This document shows, one piece after another, positions 1-12,301 of a stretch of DNA of 64,000 nucleotides. Source of the stretch: Guillardia theta CCMP2712 (taxonomy: Eukaryota; Protista; Cryptophyta); NCBI RefSeq assembly GCF_000315625.1, contig NW_005434621.1, positions 201,398 to 265,397 of the forward strand, in the 5' to 3' direction. How positions within the stretch are numbered: the stretch's first letter is position 1; each line of letters starts with the position of its first letter. The notes under the pieces are model-generated. The model was not told the DNA's origin, made no database searches, and worked only from the letters and a program-made list of their open reading frames with translations. The position numbers and the translations under genes were made by a program.

Positions 1-99
1 CGCCTCGCCTCGCCTCACCTCTCTCCTCTCCTCTCTTCCGCCATCGTCTTATCTTCTGCTGTCTGTTTAGCTCGGGCTCGAAGCCGACCTTGTCGCCTC

Positions 100-170
100 C
101 GAAGATGTTTGCGTGATCCGCAAGAGTTTTGACGCGCGCAAGGGGAAGCGAAACGTGAGTTTATGTAGAG

Positions 171-224
<54 letters not shown>

Positions 225-873
225 GTGGTGGTGGTAGTGGTGGTGGTAGTGGTGGTGGTAGTGGTGGTGGAAGAGGAGGAGGAGGAGGAAGAGGAGACTG
301 ACATGTTGCCTGTGGAATAGGATGGTCCTTCCTTCACGTATGTGGTGGACGTGGACATGGGTAAAGAGGGGAAGAGAATCAAAATGCACGCGGAGCAGGG
401 GAAGCTGGAGAGAGTGAGCGAGGAGGAGGAGAAGAAGCAGGAGGAGGGGCACAGGACGACGACAGGGGACGTTGGCGCGAGCATGTGAGGCCTAGAGCTC
501 GACAGGAGGAGGAGGGACTGACGGGGTCGTTTGCTGGGAACAGTGCGTCGAAGCACAGGCATCCTGTGGCGATCATCGGCTGCGGACCAGCTGGACTGTT
601 TGCTGCTCTGAGACTTGCGGAGGAAGGAGTGGGGTGCGTTATCTATGAGAGAGGACAGCCAGTGGAGGAGCGAGGGAGAGACATCGGGGCGATGATACAC
701 AGGCGGCTGCTGGACCCTGACAGCAACATCTGCTACGGGGANNNNNNNNNNNNNNNNNNNNNNNNNNNNNNNNNNNNNNNNNNNNNNNNNNNNNNNNNNN
801 NNNNNNNNNNNNNNNNNNNNNNNNNNNNNNNNNNNNNNNNNAAGGCAAACTCAATTTTCTACATATACAAACA

Positions 874-911
<38 letters not shown>

Positions 912-3524
912 AAACACCCCAAAATACATAAAAATACATATATATAAATAAAAAAAAAAACACCCAGGGGGGGGGGGGGCACACGCGTCTTTGGCGGGTT
1001 GGAAACTTGTTGTTTATCTTAGCGTGTTTGGTGCTGATTTTGGTCGATAATTTCTTTGTCTTGCCTTTTTCTCATCTTTCATCTCCCCTCCCCTCCCCTC
1101 CCCTCGTCTCTTGTCTTCTCTACTCCTCCCCTGCCCTCCCCTCCTCTCCTCTCCTCTCCTCTCCTCTCCACTCCCCTCCCTTTTTCTCCTCCTCTCCCGT
1201 CCTCTGCTCTCATTGCAGGAAGGAACAGTGAGGACGTGCGGTGGGTGTTGAAGCAGCTCGTTCGCTTCGGAGCCCCTGACAGCATCTTGGTGGACGGGAA
1301 GCCACATCTAGGCACGGACAGACTTGTGCGGTAAGAGATGAAACGAAGCGAAGATAGGAAGCGACCTCGTGCTATCTGTTGCGAACATGATACAAGGGTT
1401 TTTGTCTGTTTGTTGACATGATAGATTTGATCTTTCTCTGCTATGATCTTGATTATTTTGATTCTACAATGTCATAGAGGATGCTTGTATCTCCTTCTGC
1501 TCGTTTGGTCCCGATCAGTGAATGAATTCCATGTCCTTCTATCCTTTTGATATCAAATGACATCAAGATAAAGTGAGATTGAAGTGACACATTCATTGTC
1601 TTGTATGATGGAGTTTCCGTTGATTGTCTTGTTTCGTTTCATCCTGTAATTCTCCTTCCCGTCAGGATTCTCAAGACCATGAGAAATTTCCTAGAATCAA
1701 ACAATGTTGTCTTCAAGTTCGGCACCATCGTCAAAGATATCAAGGTAAGCTTCTGCTTCCTCCCTCCCTCCCTCCTGCCCTCCCTCCCTCCCTCCCTCCC
1801 TCCCGCCCTCCCGCCCTCCCGCCCTCCCTCCCTCCCTCCCTCCCTCCTCCCCCATCCTCGTCCTGCTCTTGTTTCTCTCTCACCTCCTGCCATTCCTCCC
1901 ATCACTCCTCGCCATCCTTCGCCTCCTTCCTCCTCCTCCATCCTCCTTGTAGTTGTGACTTGAGCGTCGAGATCGTATGCACGAGCGTAAACCCGGAGGA
2001 GCTCTGCGTGAACGGCATGTCCTTCTCAAGGAGACAAGTGAGCTGGATGTTCCTTCCTCTTTCAGTCTTCTACTCCCCCACCCTCCTCTCCCCTCTCCCC
2101 TCCTCACCTTTCCTCTGTCTCTTCTCCACTGTTCCCTCCTCCCGCCCTCCCTCCCCCCCTCCATCCCCTCCACGAAATGAGGTCGCAATTTCATCCAGTC
2201 CCAATGGGCGAACTCAGCACTTGTAGCCTCGGTAGACATGAACGAAGAGTTCATGCGCTCCTTCTCAGGTCAGATTCATTTCCCAACTCTTCGAACCCTC
2301 GTCCCTCCCTCCCTCCCTCCCTCCCTCCCTCCCTCCCTCTCCCTCCCTCCCTCCCTCCCTCATTCTCTTCTCATCAATCTCTCAGATCTGGCAGCAAGAG
2401 AGCCTCACGGGCAGGCAGCGCTCGGCGGTCTGACCTTCCAGCGGAGCATGGAGCGAGAGGCGGCGATCAGAGGAGGAGGAGACCTAGTCTGCCCAGTCCA
2501 GAGAGTGACAGACTTTCTCGAAGCAAGAGCAAGCAGGGCCGAAGCCGGCTTTCCGCAGGTGAAGGACGAGAGGACGGGGAGAGGGACGGAAGGAACGAGA
2601 CAGAGAAGGTGGAAGTAGCCTAGAAACGAGTAGGGAGGAGGAGGCAGGAGCTTGAGGATGTAGGAGTTGGAGAAGGAGAAGGATAAAGAAGAATGGAGAG
2701 GACGGGCAGGAGGAGCAGCAGGAGCAGGAGGTACTGACATGCATCTAGTCGAGCTACAGGCTCGGCACGAAACCTGCAGCTCTGCACGACCTCTATCCTC
2801 AGCCGATATCAGACGCGATTACGCGGGCCCTTGTTGAGTTTGACAGGAGGTATAATACTTTCACTTCTCTTGACTCCAATCTCTTGTACCTCGCACTCCT
2901 CTGTATCCTCTTTCCCTCTCCGTGTTCATGCTGCCCAGGCATTGCTCCCTTCCTCTCGCTCCTCATGGCCTTGCTCGTCCTGCCTTCTCACTTGCCCCGC
3001 CATCGCCATCAGCCTTGCTCCTCCTCCTCCTGTCTCGTAGCCCCTCCTCCTCCGATCTCTCTTGATCCCTCCTTTTCCTCCTCCTGCCTCTCCTCCTCCT
3101 CCTCCTCCTGTCTCATCCTCCTCCTCATCCTGTCTCGCTCAAGAATCCCATGGCAGGCTCCCGGGATTCATCACGCCAGAGGCTCTCCTGCATGGCGTTG
3201 AGACCAGAACCTCCAGTGCTGTGAGGATCACACGATCTGATGAAACCTTGCAGTGCGTTGGCATCGAGGTCTCTTTGTCCTCACCCTCATCCCCATCCTC
3301 GTCATCGTCTTTCTCCATCCTCCTCCATTCCTCCTCGCTGCTCCTTCCATGCGCACATCGTCATCATCATCCATGCCCCTTGCGTGCTTCCTCCCTCCTG
3401 AGAAACTCTGCAGGGGCTGTTTCCTTGTGGGGAGGGCGCAGGGTACGCAGGAGGGATTGTGAGCTCGGCAGTGGATGGGTTGAGGTATGCGGCGATGCTT
3501 ACAGAGACAGTGGGAAGAACTTAA
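100..3524 (+). CDS. FAD-dependent oxidoreductase (HI0933-like / plant At4g30720-type family), multi-exon, 5' partial
   Basis: Spliced exons read IRKSFDAR, VAIIGCGPAGLFAALRLAEEG (Rossmann GxGxxG), ERGQPVEERGRDI, GKPHLGTDRL, ELCVNGMSFSRR, WANSALVASV, CPVQRVTDFL, LHGVETRTSSAVRI and GLFPCGEGAGYAGGIVSSAVDG. Stop TAA at 3522-3524. Interrupted by the N gap at 742-841. Confidence 0.85.
172..292. repeat. Intronic microsatellites (GGACGA)n, (GGT)n, (GGA)n
   Basis: Tandem repeats visible directly. Confidence 0.9.
742..841. other. Assembly gap (100 N) followed by poly-A/poly-G low-quality sequence
   Basis: N run, then homopolymer tracts at 875-980. Confidence 0.95.
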
Positions 3525-3773
3525 AACTGCACAGAGTCGCAACAGCCGTCGGTGACTTGCTGCTCCGATGAGCTTCGGGCAACTGGAGGGAGGGGCACAC
3601 ACGGATTGAGCAAGGAAGGAAGAGGAGGAGAAGGGGAGGAGGAAGGGGGGGAGAAACGTTGAGAGTGAGGGAGGACAGGATGGAGTAAAGTAAGCTTGAC
3701 TCCTTCATTGCTCCTCAAAAACAACATTGCACAACTTCGTGATAAAAATTCGGAGATGAAAACTTGTCACAAA

Positions 3774-5223
3774 TCACGAGATGGTGCAAAGGTGAACCGT
3801 CACAAGGACCGCCTGTTGCTCAGGCGTCAAGTCGTGAAGCTCCTTGACTGTAGCTTGTGTGCTTCTATGGCTGACACCGACCAGAGGCCTCCGTACCAAG
3901 TCCACAAAATAGACAATCCCTGCGTCGTCATCAATAACAACCAACACAAACAAGAGCATCATCAACATCAACATCAACATCCCAAACACCTCCTCAACCT
4001 CTTCCTCGTCCTCCCCCACCTCCTTCATCATCATCGTCACCACCACCATTACAATCAAAATCACCATCGCTATCGCGATCATCAACTGAATCACGATATC
4101 ACATCATCACAATCTCCATCATCTTTCAAATCCTCTTGACCCCCTACTCCTACCTTTGAATCGCCCAGAGAGCCTCTTCAAATCAATCCGCACGGTCGAT
4201 CCTTGGGGCCCAACGATCATGCTTTGGATCTCTTTCATTGACTTGCTCCCGCACCGTTTACAGTCCACTGCTCTGTACGTGACTCTCCGTCCTCAAAATG
4301 CGCGACAAGTACAGCACCTGCTATGAGCTCGTCCCCAACACGCACGCCATTCTTCGCTGCATCGCTGCGAGTTCCGTCTTGTCAGTGCCAGCGGAGGAAA
4401 CAAGCGAAAGTCATCTCACCTGTCCGGTAGGACATCCTGCACGAGTCTGCAGACCAACCCTGCCGAGCGCGATGAGACGAGGAGAGGAGGAGCAGGGGGG
4501 ACGAGGGGAGACGAGGGCATCTACCAGTGCTCTTGTCGACTTTCTCATGAATCAAGAGCCCCACACCTGCGCAAGCATCTTCTCAGCGTTCGTATCCGAT
4601 TGACTTCCAGTCACGTCACCGGCGCGGACCTCCTCGTCTCGCTTCGGAGAGCGGGTTTCGCTCTCGCTAAAAGAACCATCCTGTTCTGCATCTGCAAAGA
4701 CTGTCGAAGCACTGGAGTGCATGGATGGGAGGCTGGAGGTGTTGGAGCCCGTGTAGGCTGCAGGGGAGCAGCACGAATCAACTCTCGCTGCTTTCAAGAT
4801 GTGCTACGCACCAGGAAGCGACAGAGTTCGGCCAGAGCTCTTCCCTTCGTAGTTTGGCTGGTAGGAAGAAGCCAACCTGGAGTTGATCACAAGACCTGGA
4901 AATGAGATTAGAGAGATGGCAAGGCAAACATTCTTGCTACCATGGCCCACCACCGGACGTGGGATCACAGGTTTGGGGAGATCTTGAGGTTTCAGCGGAA
5001 GCTCCGGAAAGCTGTAGGTGCTGGAACCAGAAGCTGGCCTTCCATTGTAGGGATGGTCCAACTCCTTTGGCGAAAAGTACTCCATGCTCGAAGTCGTCCT
5101 TCCCTTGTTCGAGTAGTACTCCAGATGCGACGCCGCCTTTCCCTTGGGCGAGTAGTACTCCATGCTGGATGCGGCCCTGCCGTTGTTGGGTGCGTGATAT
5201 TCTTCAGCAATAACGTACTCCAT
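3774..5223 (-). CDS. PDZ-domain protein with low-complexity N-terminus, multi-exon
   Basis: Minus-strand exons at about 4460-4170 splice to RVGLQTRAGCPTG...SDAAKNGVRVGDELIA|VDCKRCGSKSMKEIQSMIVGPQGSTVRIDLKR, a PDZ signature. Upstream exons lie in ORFs 4804-5223 and 4552-4797; last exon about 3921-3774. Start codon uncertain. Confidence 0.65.
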
Positions 5224-6660
5224 TCTGGATCGCCTGCACAGCCACCATCAGCGCCTCTTCATCAGCATACTATCCTCGCACTTGCAAACCAAAAAAGCTG
5301 AATCCGCTTCTTTCACAAGAACTACATAGGCGCAAGGAGCAAAAAATGAGGTATATGTAAGTATGAAAATTGAGGAAATTATGCACTTCAATGATGTGTT
5401 GCGCAAATTCTGCGAGGAGAAACCATGATTGCATGGAAATCAAGGAGACGCAGACAAGACTACAAGTCCTGGAAGTACAACGCGCAATGCAACATTGTGA
5501 ACTGATGGAACTCATACCTGCTCCTATCCTCCCTATCTACCATGCCATTGTCTTTCTCCATGCATTTTCATCTGACTCTCTTCCTCTCATCATCCGCTTC
5601 TTCTCATTCCCTGAGGTGCATGTTGTTGGACCGAGTTCTGCCATGCCTTTGGCCACTTCTTGTACCCCCCTTTTTACCACCCCCTGTTGGACCCACCTAA
5701 TGTGTACCTCACCACCTACCACTGATCACATACCCAAGTCGTCCTACCCCACCCACAAACATCCCATTTTACTTTACTTGTACCCACCCTGTACCGGAGA
5801 AAAATTGCCATCACCCCAACTTCTTCAATGCAAAAGGGGGGTTTTGAATATACCCCTACCGGTCTCTACTAGTACCCCACCCTGCTCCAGGAGTGACTTT
5901 GTGGAACCCACCCCTGTAGATGTTTACAAATGAAAAAAAATCCACCACCCCACCCTAGATCAGAGCGTTGACCGTACTTTGCCCGGGTCCTCGAATAGAC
6001 ACATCCCCATAGCAACCACCCCTCCTTTTCCCACCCCATCCTACCGATACCACCCCACCAATGCCTCTCTGATTTTCGGAAACGAACTCAGTGAACCCAA
6101 ACCAAGTACCCACCTTATCTTTTGATCCATATTTGTCGTAAAAGTAGGGGTACTCTGGTTCATATATGCCCTCAATTGTCCTACCACCACCACCCGCCAA
6201 ATCCGTCCTCTACCCTACCCCAAGTCCAAGATTGTGATCACCCCTCCCTGCAAGACCTGTACCCAAAAGTCACACCCACCCCACCCTCGTCAAGAACCGA
6301 GTCGGTCCGATTGCTGCCCCCTACACCCACCCCGACAGATGATCTAGTACCCTCCAGTTTTCCAGATTTTGGCGTTGAAAATACCCCTTTGTAAATACCC
6401 CTACCCCCTCTCTCGGAAACATTCGGGACACCACCCGTACTGCAGATTGCAAATTTGGTACCGAGGGAGGGGGTGGGGCCACAACTTTGACTCCCGACTA
6501 GGGATCAGTTTTTACTCAAGTGATCATATTGACCCGGATGCGTGGCTAGCCACAGGCACGGCGCCGCACTCTGCGGTCACCCGGCAGTGCGGCCCCGGGG
6601 CCCGGGGCAACGCCGGGATTTGAGTAAAGATCATCCGTGACGGTATGACAGATTGTCGCC

Positions 6661-6747
6661 GCTTTACTCAAAGTTAAGTTAAAAATAAGTACGAGGACGA
6701 TAAGGAGATGAGATCGTACTGATATTTAACTTAACTTTGAGTAAAGC
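6661..6747. repeat. 87-bp inverted repeat (34-bp arms, 2 mismatches, 19-nt loop), MITE/hairpin-like
   Basis: gctttactcaaagttaagttaaaaataagtacga (6661-6694) versus tcgtactgatatttaacttaactttgagtaaagc (6714-6747). Confidence 0.9.
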
Positions 6748-7188
6748 ACATGGACCGGATGATTTGATAGTCTCTGAAGGGGTAGGGGGGTACCTCGGCA
6801 CTGCAGGTGTTTTTTTGTCAACCTTGTTTCAGTTACGCCACAACATTGTACCCTACCCTTTGACCAAAAAAGTACCCCACCCTCTGTGAAGAATCTTCAA
6901 CTTGCTAGTACCCCCACCCCCCGTGCAACATGACTCGAATTTACCTCCGCCCTACACCCGCCCAGGCAATGCAGTGCCCTGTGAAGGAGCTGATGGACGG
7001 GGGCAGATGAAGAGGGGAGGGCAGGGAGAGGGGAACAGTGAAGGCAGCAGCAAGACGTTCGATCCCGTCAGCACATTGCTACCGTCAGAGTAGAACGCTG
7101 ATCTCATCTGTGTTGCTGCGGCAGAAACCCTTTCCAACTCTTGTCCGCACTCACATCCAGCAAACGGACTGGAAACGTTGGAGGAACC

Positions 7189-10100
7189 ATGGCAGCTGTG
7201 TATGTGGCTACCCGGAAGGGACGAATAAGGGGGAAGAAAGCGGCTTCCATCCCTACCATTCAGTTTCCTTCCGAAGAAGACAGCATCCTCATCGCAGAGC
7301 TTCACCGGCAAGTCCTCAGGTATTCTTGTCCTCCTCTCCCTTTCAATCCCGTGACTGTGCAATGCCGCGACAGCACCATCGGAGACACATGGCAGCGCAG
7401 GAAAGTTTGTCTGAGCAAGGACAAGCTTCTGCTCGGAAAAGTCGGAGCGATGGACGTGATTGACTACATACCGCTGGATGAGGTCATGGCCGTCGTGTCC
7501 AAGACAGCTCCATCAGAACAAACAGAAGACAAGTCCCATAACCAAGGAGAGAAGAGGGCCAGCATCAAGCGATCGACAACTCTGAGGATAGACGACGTGA
7601 GTCTGCCGCGAGAGCCTCTCTCTACGTCCGCTGTTTGATCATGAGCACAGGACGAGCTGGACGAGAAGATCTTCATCATCACGACCATACCCGAGGGACA
7701 CAACTCGGGCAAGTCGACAGTGCTGCTGGCATCGAGCAAGGATGAGCGAGACACTTGGGTATGGAGCATGATGGTGGAGAGGAGCTAAAGGTGTGTGTTT
7801 GAACAGATCACAGCTATCCACCAAGCTGTCAAAGTCTATCTCAAGGAAAAGCTACGGCAAGGAGAAACGAAGCTAGAGAGGCGACAGAGGCAGCTGAGAA
7901 GAATCTACTCGAGCACAGCAAGTCAGCTCTTCTTCTCGGCTGTGATCATGGCGTCTTTCATTTGCGCCATCCTGTCGGCGCAGCTGCAGCCTCCAGACGG
8001 CTCGCAACAAGCGAGAGCGTTCAGAGCCTTGGAAATAACCTACACGTGCATCTTCGCATTTGTACGTACAGCAGGTGAAGCGAGGGGTCGCTGACGAGGG
8101 AGGTAGGAGCTGGTAGTCAACGTGCTGAGCAACTGGTACTGGCCGTTCGTATCGGACGGGTGGAACATCCTCGGTGAGGAGGGACGAGGGTCTGGGGAGT
8201 CATCTGACATTGTAGGGGCGACGCGCATGGGGATGCAGACTTCGTGGTCGTGATGATAACTGTTCTTTCGGAGATCATCCAAGGGGTGCCTGGGCTGAGC
8301 GCGCTACGTCTGATTCGTATCTTCAAGATGATACGAGTGTTCAGGTGGGGAGAGATAGAGTAGCAGGAGCAATGCGAGGGAGAGAGCAAGAGAGGGAGAG
8401 AGAGGGAGGGAGATGGGGGAAGAGACGGGCGTAGGTAGGGGCGCAGATGTGACAAGAGGGACGAGGATAGCGACTGACTTGGAATGCGGCGGGACAGGAT
8501 GCTCAACTCGTTCCGCGTGCTGATCAACGCCCTGTCGTCTTCGGGTAGGAAGGGAGCAGGCGGGCATGAGAGGAGAGAGCTGACGAGGGGACGCAGTCAT
8601 TCCTGTGCTGAACGCGTTCTGCATCTTGCTTATCTTCACGTCGATCTTCGCGATCATCGGGACGAACGTGTTTGCTGGGAGGAGCGAGGACTTCTTCGGG
8701 AACTTTTTGAAGTCGATGTTCACCCTCTTTCAAATGGCAACGGGAGACTCCTGGGCGTCTGCAGTGACGCGGTCGCTGTTTACTGAAGATGAACACTCCA
8801 ACTTCTGGGCAAGTGGAGGTCGGGGAGAAGGGAAGGGAGGGAGCTAAGCTTTTGTGCGGACAGACGGCGATGTACTTTGTGGTCTACATGCTCATCGTCA
8901 ACGTGGTGAGGAGAAAAGACTAGAGACCATGGCGAGGAGTGAGCAAGAGAGCCCAGGTGCTGATGAACATCGTGGTGGCTGTACTGCTGGACGAGTTCAT
9001 CTCGACGGTCGAGCGAGAGCGCAGCGAGAAGAAGGCCAGGAACGAGGAGACCCTCGTGAGACATGATCGCCCTACATGAAGGGAATAGGAGAGACTGAGA
9101 CTTGCTGTGCTGTACAGATCGGACTCGTGAGGGAGTTTCACGCAAGAGGCCCGCTGGACCCACTGGTGACAAGCCTGATGGACTTCTCGACGCTGGAGGA
9201 GCTGTCGTTGAAGATCTTCCAGCTCTATCAGGTCGCTCAAAAGCTCTCGAGCGTCTTGTGGGCTCGCGGACTCACACGTGTGGGAGCAGAAGATGGACCT
9301 GGACGAGTCCGGGTCAGTCAACCTCGAGGAGCTCAACTTCGGGCTCAAGGTAAAGCAGAGTAGAAGGAGCGAAGGACGTAGAGGAACGGAAGAGGAGGAG
9401 GAGGAGGAGGAGGAGGAGGAGGTAGACGCTGACAGGCGGGTACATCAGAAGCTCAAGCTGAGCCCTCCCGTGACGCTGACGGAGGAGGATTGGGACGCGA
9501 TCACGGACTCCCGGAAGCTGCTGAACTCGCAGGAGGAGCTGGGGCCAGAAGAGTTCGAGACGATGATCCTGACGCAGATGTCGAACTATGTGCATCGCAA
9601 GGTAGAGGGAGGGGAGGGAGAGGAGAGGGGGAGAGGGGAGGGGACGGGGAGAAGGAGGGGAGGTGAGAAGAAGGGGCTAACGGAAGGCGAAGGTTGCTAC
9701 GGCGATCAAGAACGAGGCGCAGGAGTTCAACTACGACGTCCTGTTTGCAATCAAGTCGCTGCTATTCTCAGTGGACAAGATAGACAACCCGATCTTCAAG
9801 TCGAAGAAACAGACTCCACGGAAGTCGAAGAGGGAGATCTTGAAGAAGCTCTTCAACTCTCCTGTTCACAACGCTTTCTCGCACTGGAAGTCGACTGTGA
9901 CAATTGCAAACTCTTTGCCAGAGACGAAGTATGCGAATCTGGAGGAGATTCACGTTTGCATTCAAAGAATGGAATCTACTCTGAGCAAGATCGTCTCGGA
10001 TCCTTCCCCAGGTAGACCCCAGGACCTTCACATCCTCCGACTCACCGACGCCGTGGAGAAGATACAGTCGTCCATGTCGCGGCACGACGACACCTTGAGA

Positions 10101-11092
10101 AGGATAGAGGAGAAGATGTCTCGGATGGAGAGGCACGGGAGCGAAGGGCCCAAGCGGCCGCATGGAGGAGCGAACGGGGGAGGGCAACGAGGAGAGGAGG
10201 GGCAGTCGCAGGTGGGGACGATGCTGGGGTCAGACATCATCGTGGTAGGGAAGGGCAAGCAGGAGGAGCGAGAGGAGGTCAAGCTCCAGAGCTTGTCTCA
10301 GCTGACAGCCAAGAAGAAGATGGGGAGGATGCAGAAAGTTCACTCGATGCCGATCCATTCAGAAACCCCGAAACACGAGAAGCTCAACGGGAGCAGCTCA
10401 GCCGTCTACCCCGGACCCTCGCAAGCTTCGCCGCAGTCCTCCAAGAGACTTGACAAGTTCCTTCCCAACGGGGACCCTCCCGACGGAGATCGCCCGAGGC
10501 TTCCGGCCGAGACGTGCAGGGGCAAGGGAGACTACGTGAAGCTGTCATGGTTCGAGCTGCCGGTCAACTTCGACTCGCTGCGATCGTCGAGCATCTTGCG
10601 GCGGGAGCNNNNNNNNNNNNNNNNNNNNNNNNNNNNNNNNNNNNNNNNNNNNNNNNNNNNNNNNNNNNNNNNNNNNNNNNNNNNNNNNNNNNNNNNNNNN
10701 NNNNNNNNNNNNNNNNNNNNNNNNNNNNNNNNNNNNNNNNNNNNNNNNNNNNNNNNNNNNNNNNNNNNNNNNNNNNAGGAGGAGGGGGGGCTGGCGGTAG
10801 AGCGATCGTCGTACGTGGACGTGCACTCGCGGGACGGGACGGGCTACAGCCGCTTCTTCCAAGCGAGGTAGGAGAGAGAGGGAGGGAGAGGGAGGAGAGG
10901 GGACTGATGAGGAGGCGCAGGAGGGAGGGAGAGCAGGCGACAGGGGCGATGGGGAAGACTTTGACGGGGAAGTACGTAGGGGGGAAGCTGAGGGTAGAGG
11001 AGGAGGGGGGGGAGGTGCGAGAGGTGGAGCTAGACAGGAGCATTCATCAGGCGATCAGCAAGATCCGCGTGCTGAGGTTTGAGAGACAATGA
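7189..11092 (+). CDS. Single-domain (6TM) voltage-gated cation channel with N-terminal PH domain and C-terminal EF-hand, copy A
   Basis: PH: WQRRKVCLSKDKLLL...IDYIPLDEV...IFIITT...ASSKDERDTW|ITAI. S1-S3: QLFFSAVIMASF, ELVVNV...DGWNIL|DFVVV. S4: ALRLIRIFKMIRVFR. S5: VIPVLNAFCILLIFTSIFAIIG. Pore: FTLFQMATGDSWAS. S6: VLMNIVVAVLLDEF. EF-hand: DLDESGSVNLEEL. The true start may lie upstream (about 7007). N gap at 10609-10776. Confidence 0.88.
10609..10776. other. Assembly gap (168 N) within channel copy A
   Basis: N run; the matching segment of copy B is 13030-13197, also 168 nt. Confidence 0.95.
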
Positions 11093-12301
11093 GGAATGGA
11101 GGGGTTAATTACTTGAACAAGTTTTCTTTCTCATCAAGATTGAAAGGCTTGATTGTAAGACGAGGACTAGGATTGTAATGCCCTGACTTCACTGTCAAAG
11201 TTCTATGAACTTTCATTAATTTTCTATACTCGACTTGCCAGCTCTCACACAAGCGATATCAACACCGAATTTCTCCATTCCTGTCTCCTCCAGCTACTCA
11301 CCTCAACATCGATGTACCGATCTTCCGCTTACATTTCATCCGATCTTGTCATCCGATGGTTCAAAAGGCGTTGACTGCTTGTTCCAGACGATCATGTTAG
11401 AGTCGATCTGCTCCGACCAGCACCAGCGGCGTCAGACTTGCAAGTGACCGCGCGAGGGTCCTGGCGGTCAGTTGGCATCCGACCCTCTTCAAAGGTAGAG
11501 CGAGTGGCCAGGTCGTTGCTGAACTTGTTGTGATCGACTCTGCCGTTGATGTCAAAGTTTCACATCGGTCAAGGTTCTGCTGATGAAGAAAACATGTTAG
11601 GGGTTGACAATCCTGTCGATCTCGTAGTTCATATCAAATCATAGCTGTCAGCTCAACTTCCACGCACAGATAGTTTCTTGCTAGTAAGAGCCAAGTGCGT
11701 TGGGGGCAGTATAATCCTGTTATTGATTCTCGTTCAACCTGATCCCCTCATGGACAAGTTCATCCTTGTTCGAGGAATTCGATACATCTCACGTTGAAAG
11801 AAGATGCTTCCTTTATCTGCAAATAATTCAGGCTCTTGTCCTTTGATTCGAAGCTTCTGAGTCTGTCATGGTTGACGGATAGATTCCCCCTTCACCAAAG
11901 GCTTCACTGACATCTACCAGTCAGTTGAGATGTGACGCGTGTCTTGGTGTATTAAGAGAAGGGAGAACATTTCATACGATTGACTTGTTGACTTGTATAG
12001 ATGAAGAAGACCACAACGACAAGCTTCAGGTAGCTGTTGAACGACTACACAGCAGGGACTGCTTTAGTTTGTTCAGTCAAACTTCACAAGATGCTTTCCG
12101 GCTATCCGCTGACAAGGTCGGAGAACAGCAGCCAGATCAGCGACTTGGTGTAAAGAGAAAGGCAAGTGCAGCGCAGCGTAGCAGAAGCAGGAGCAGTGCA
12201 TGTGAAGATAGAGGGTTGAGACCACAAGGCCGAACCAAGGTTGGACCCCCTATCAGATCACTCGAGGTAGAGGAGAGGAGGTTAGCAGTGAAGGAGGAAG
12301 A

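Noticed and set aside
15-700. Poly-Leu/His/Ser/Gly ORFs here and similar ones at 59477-60335
   Set aside because: Translations of intronic microsatellites.
842-1000. Poly-A tract suggesting a retrocopy or LINE tail
   Set aside because: Directly abuts an N gap and is mixed with poly-G; looks like low-quality read end.
5370-6623. Pro/Thr-rich ORFs in the intergenic region
   Set aside because: They arise from C-rich TACCC motif blocks and show no splice structure or recognisable motifs.
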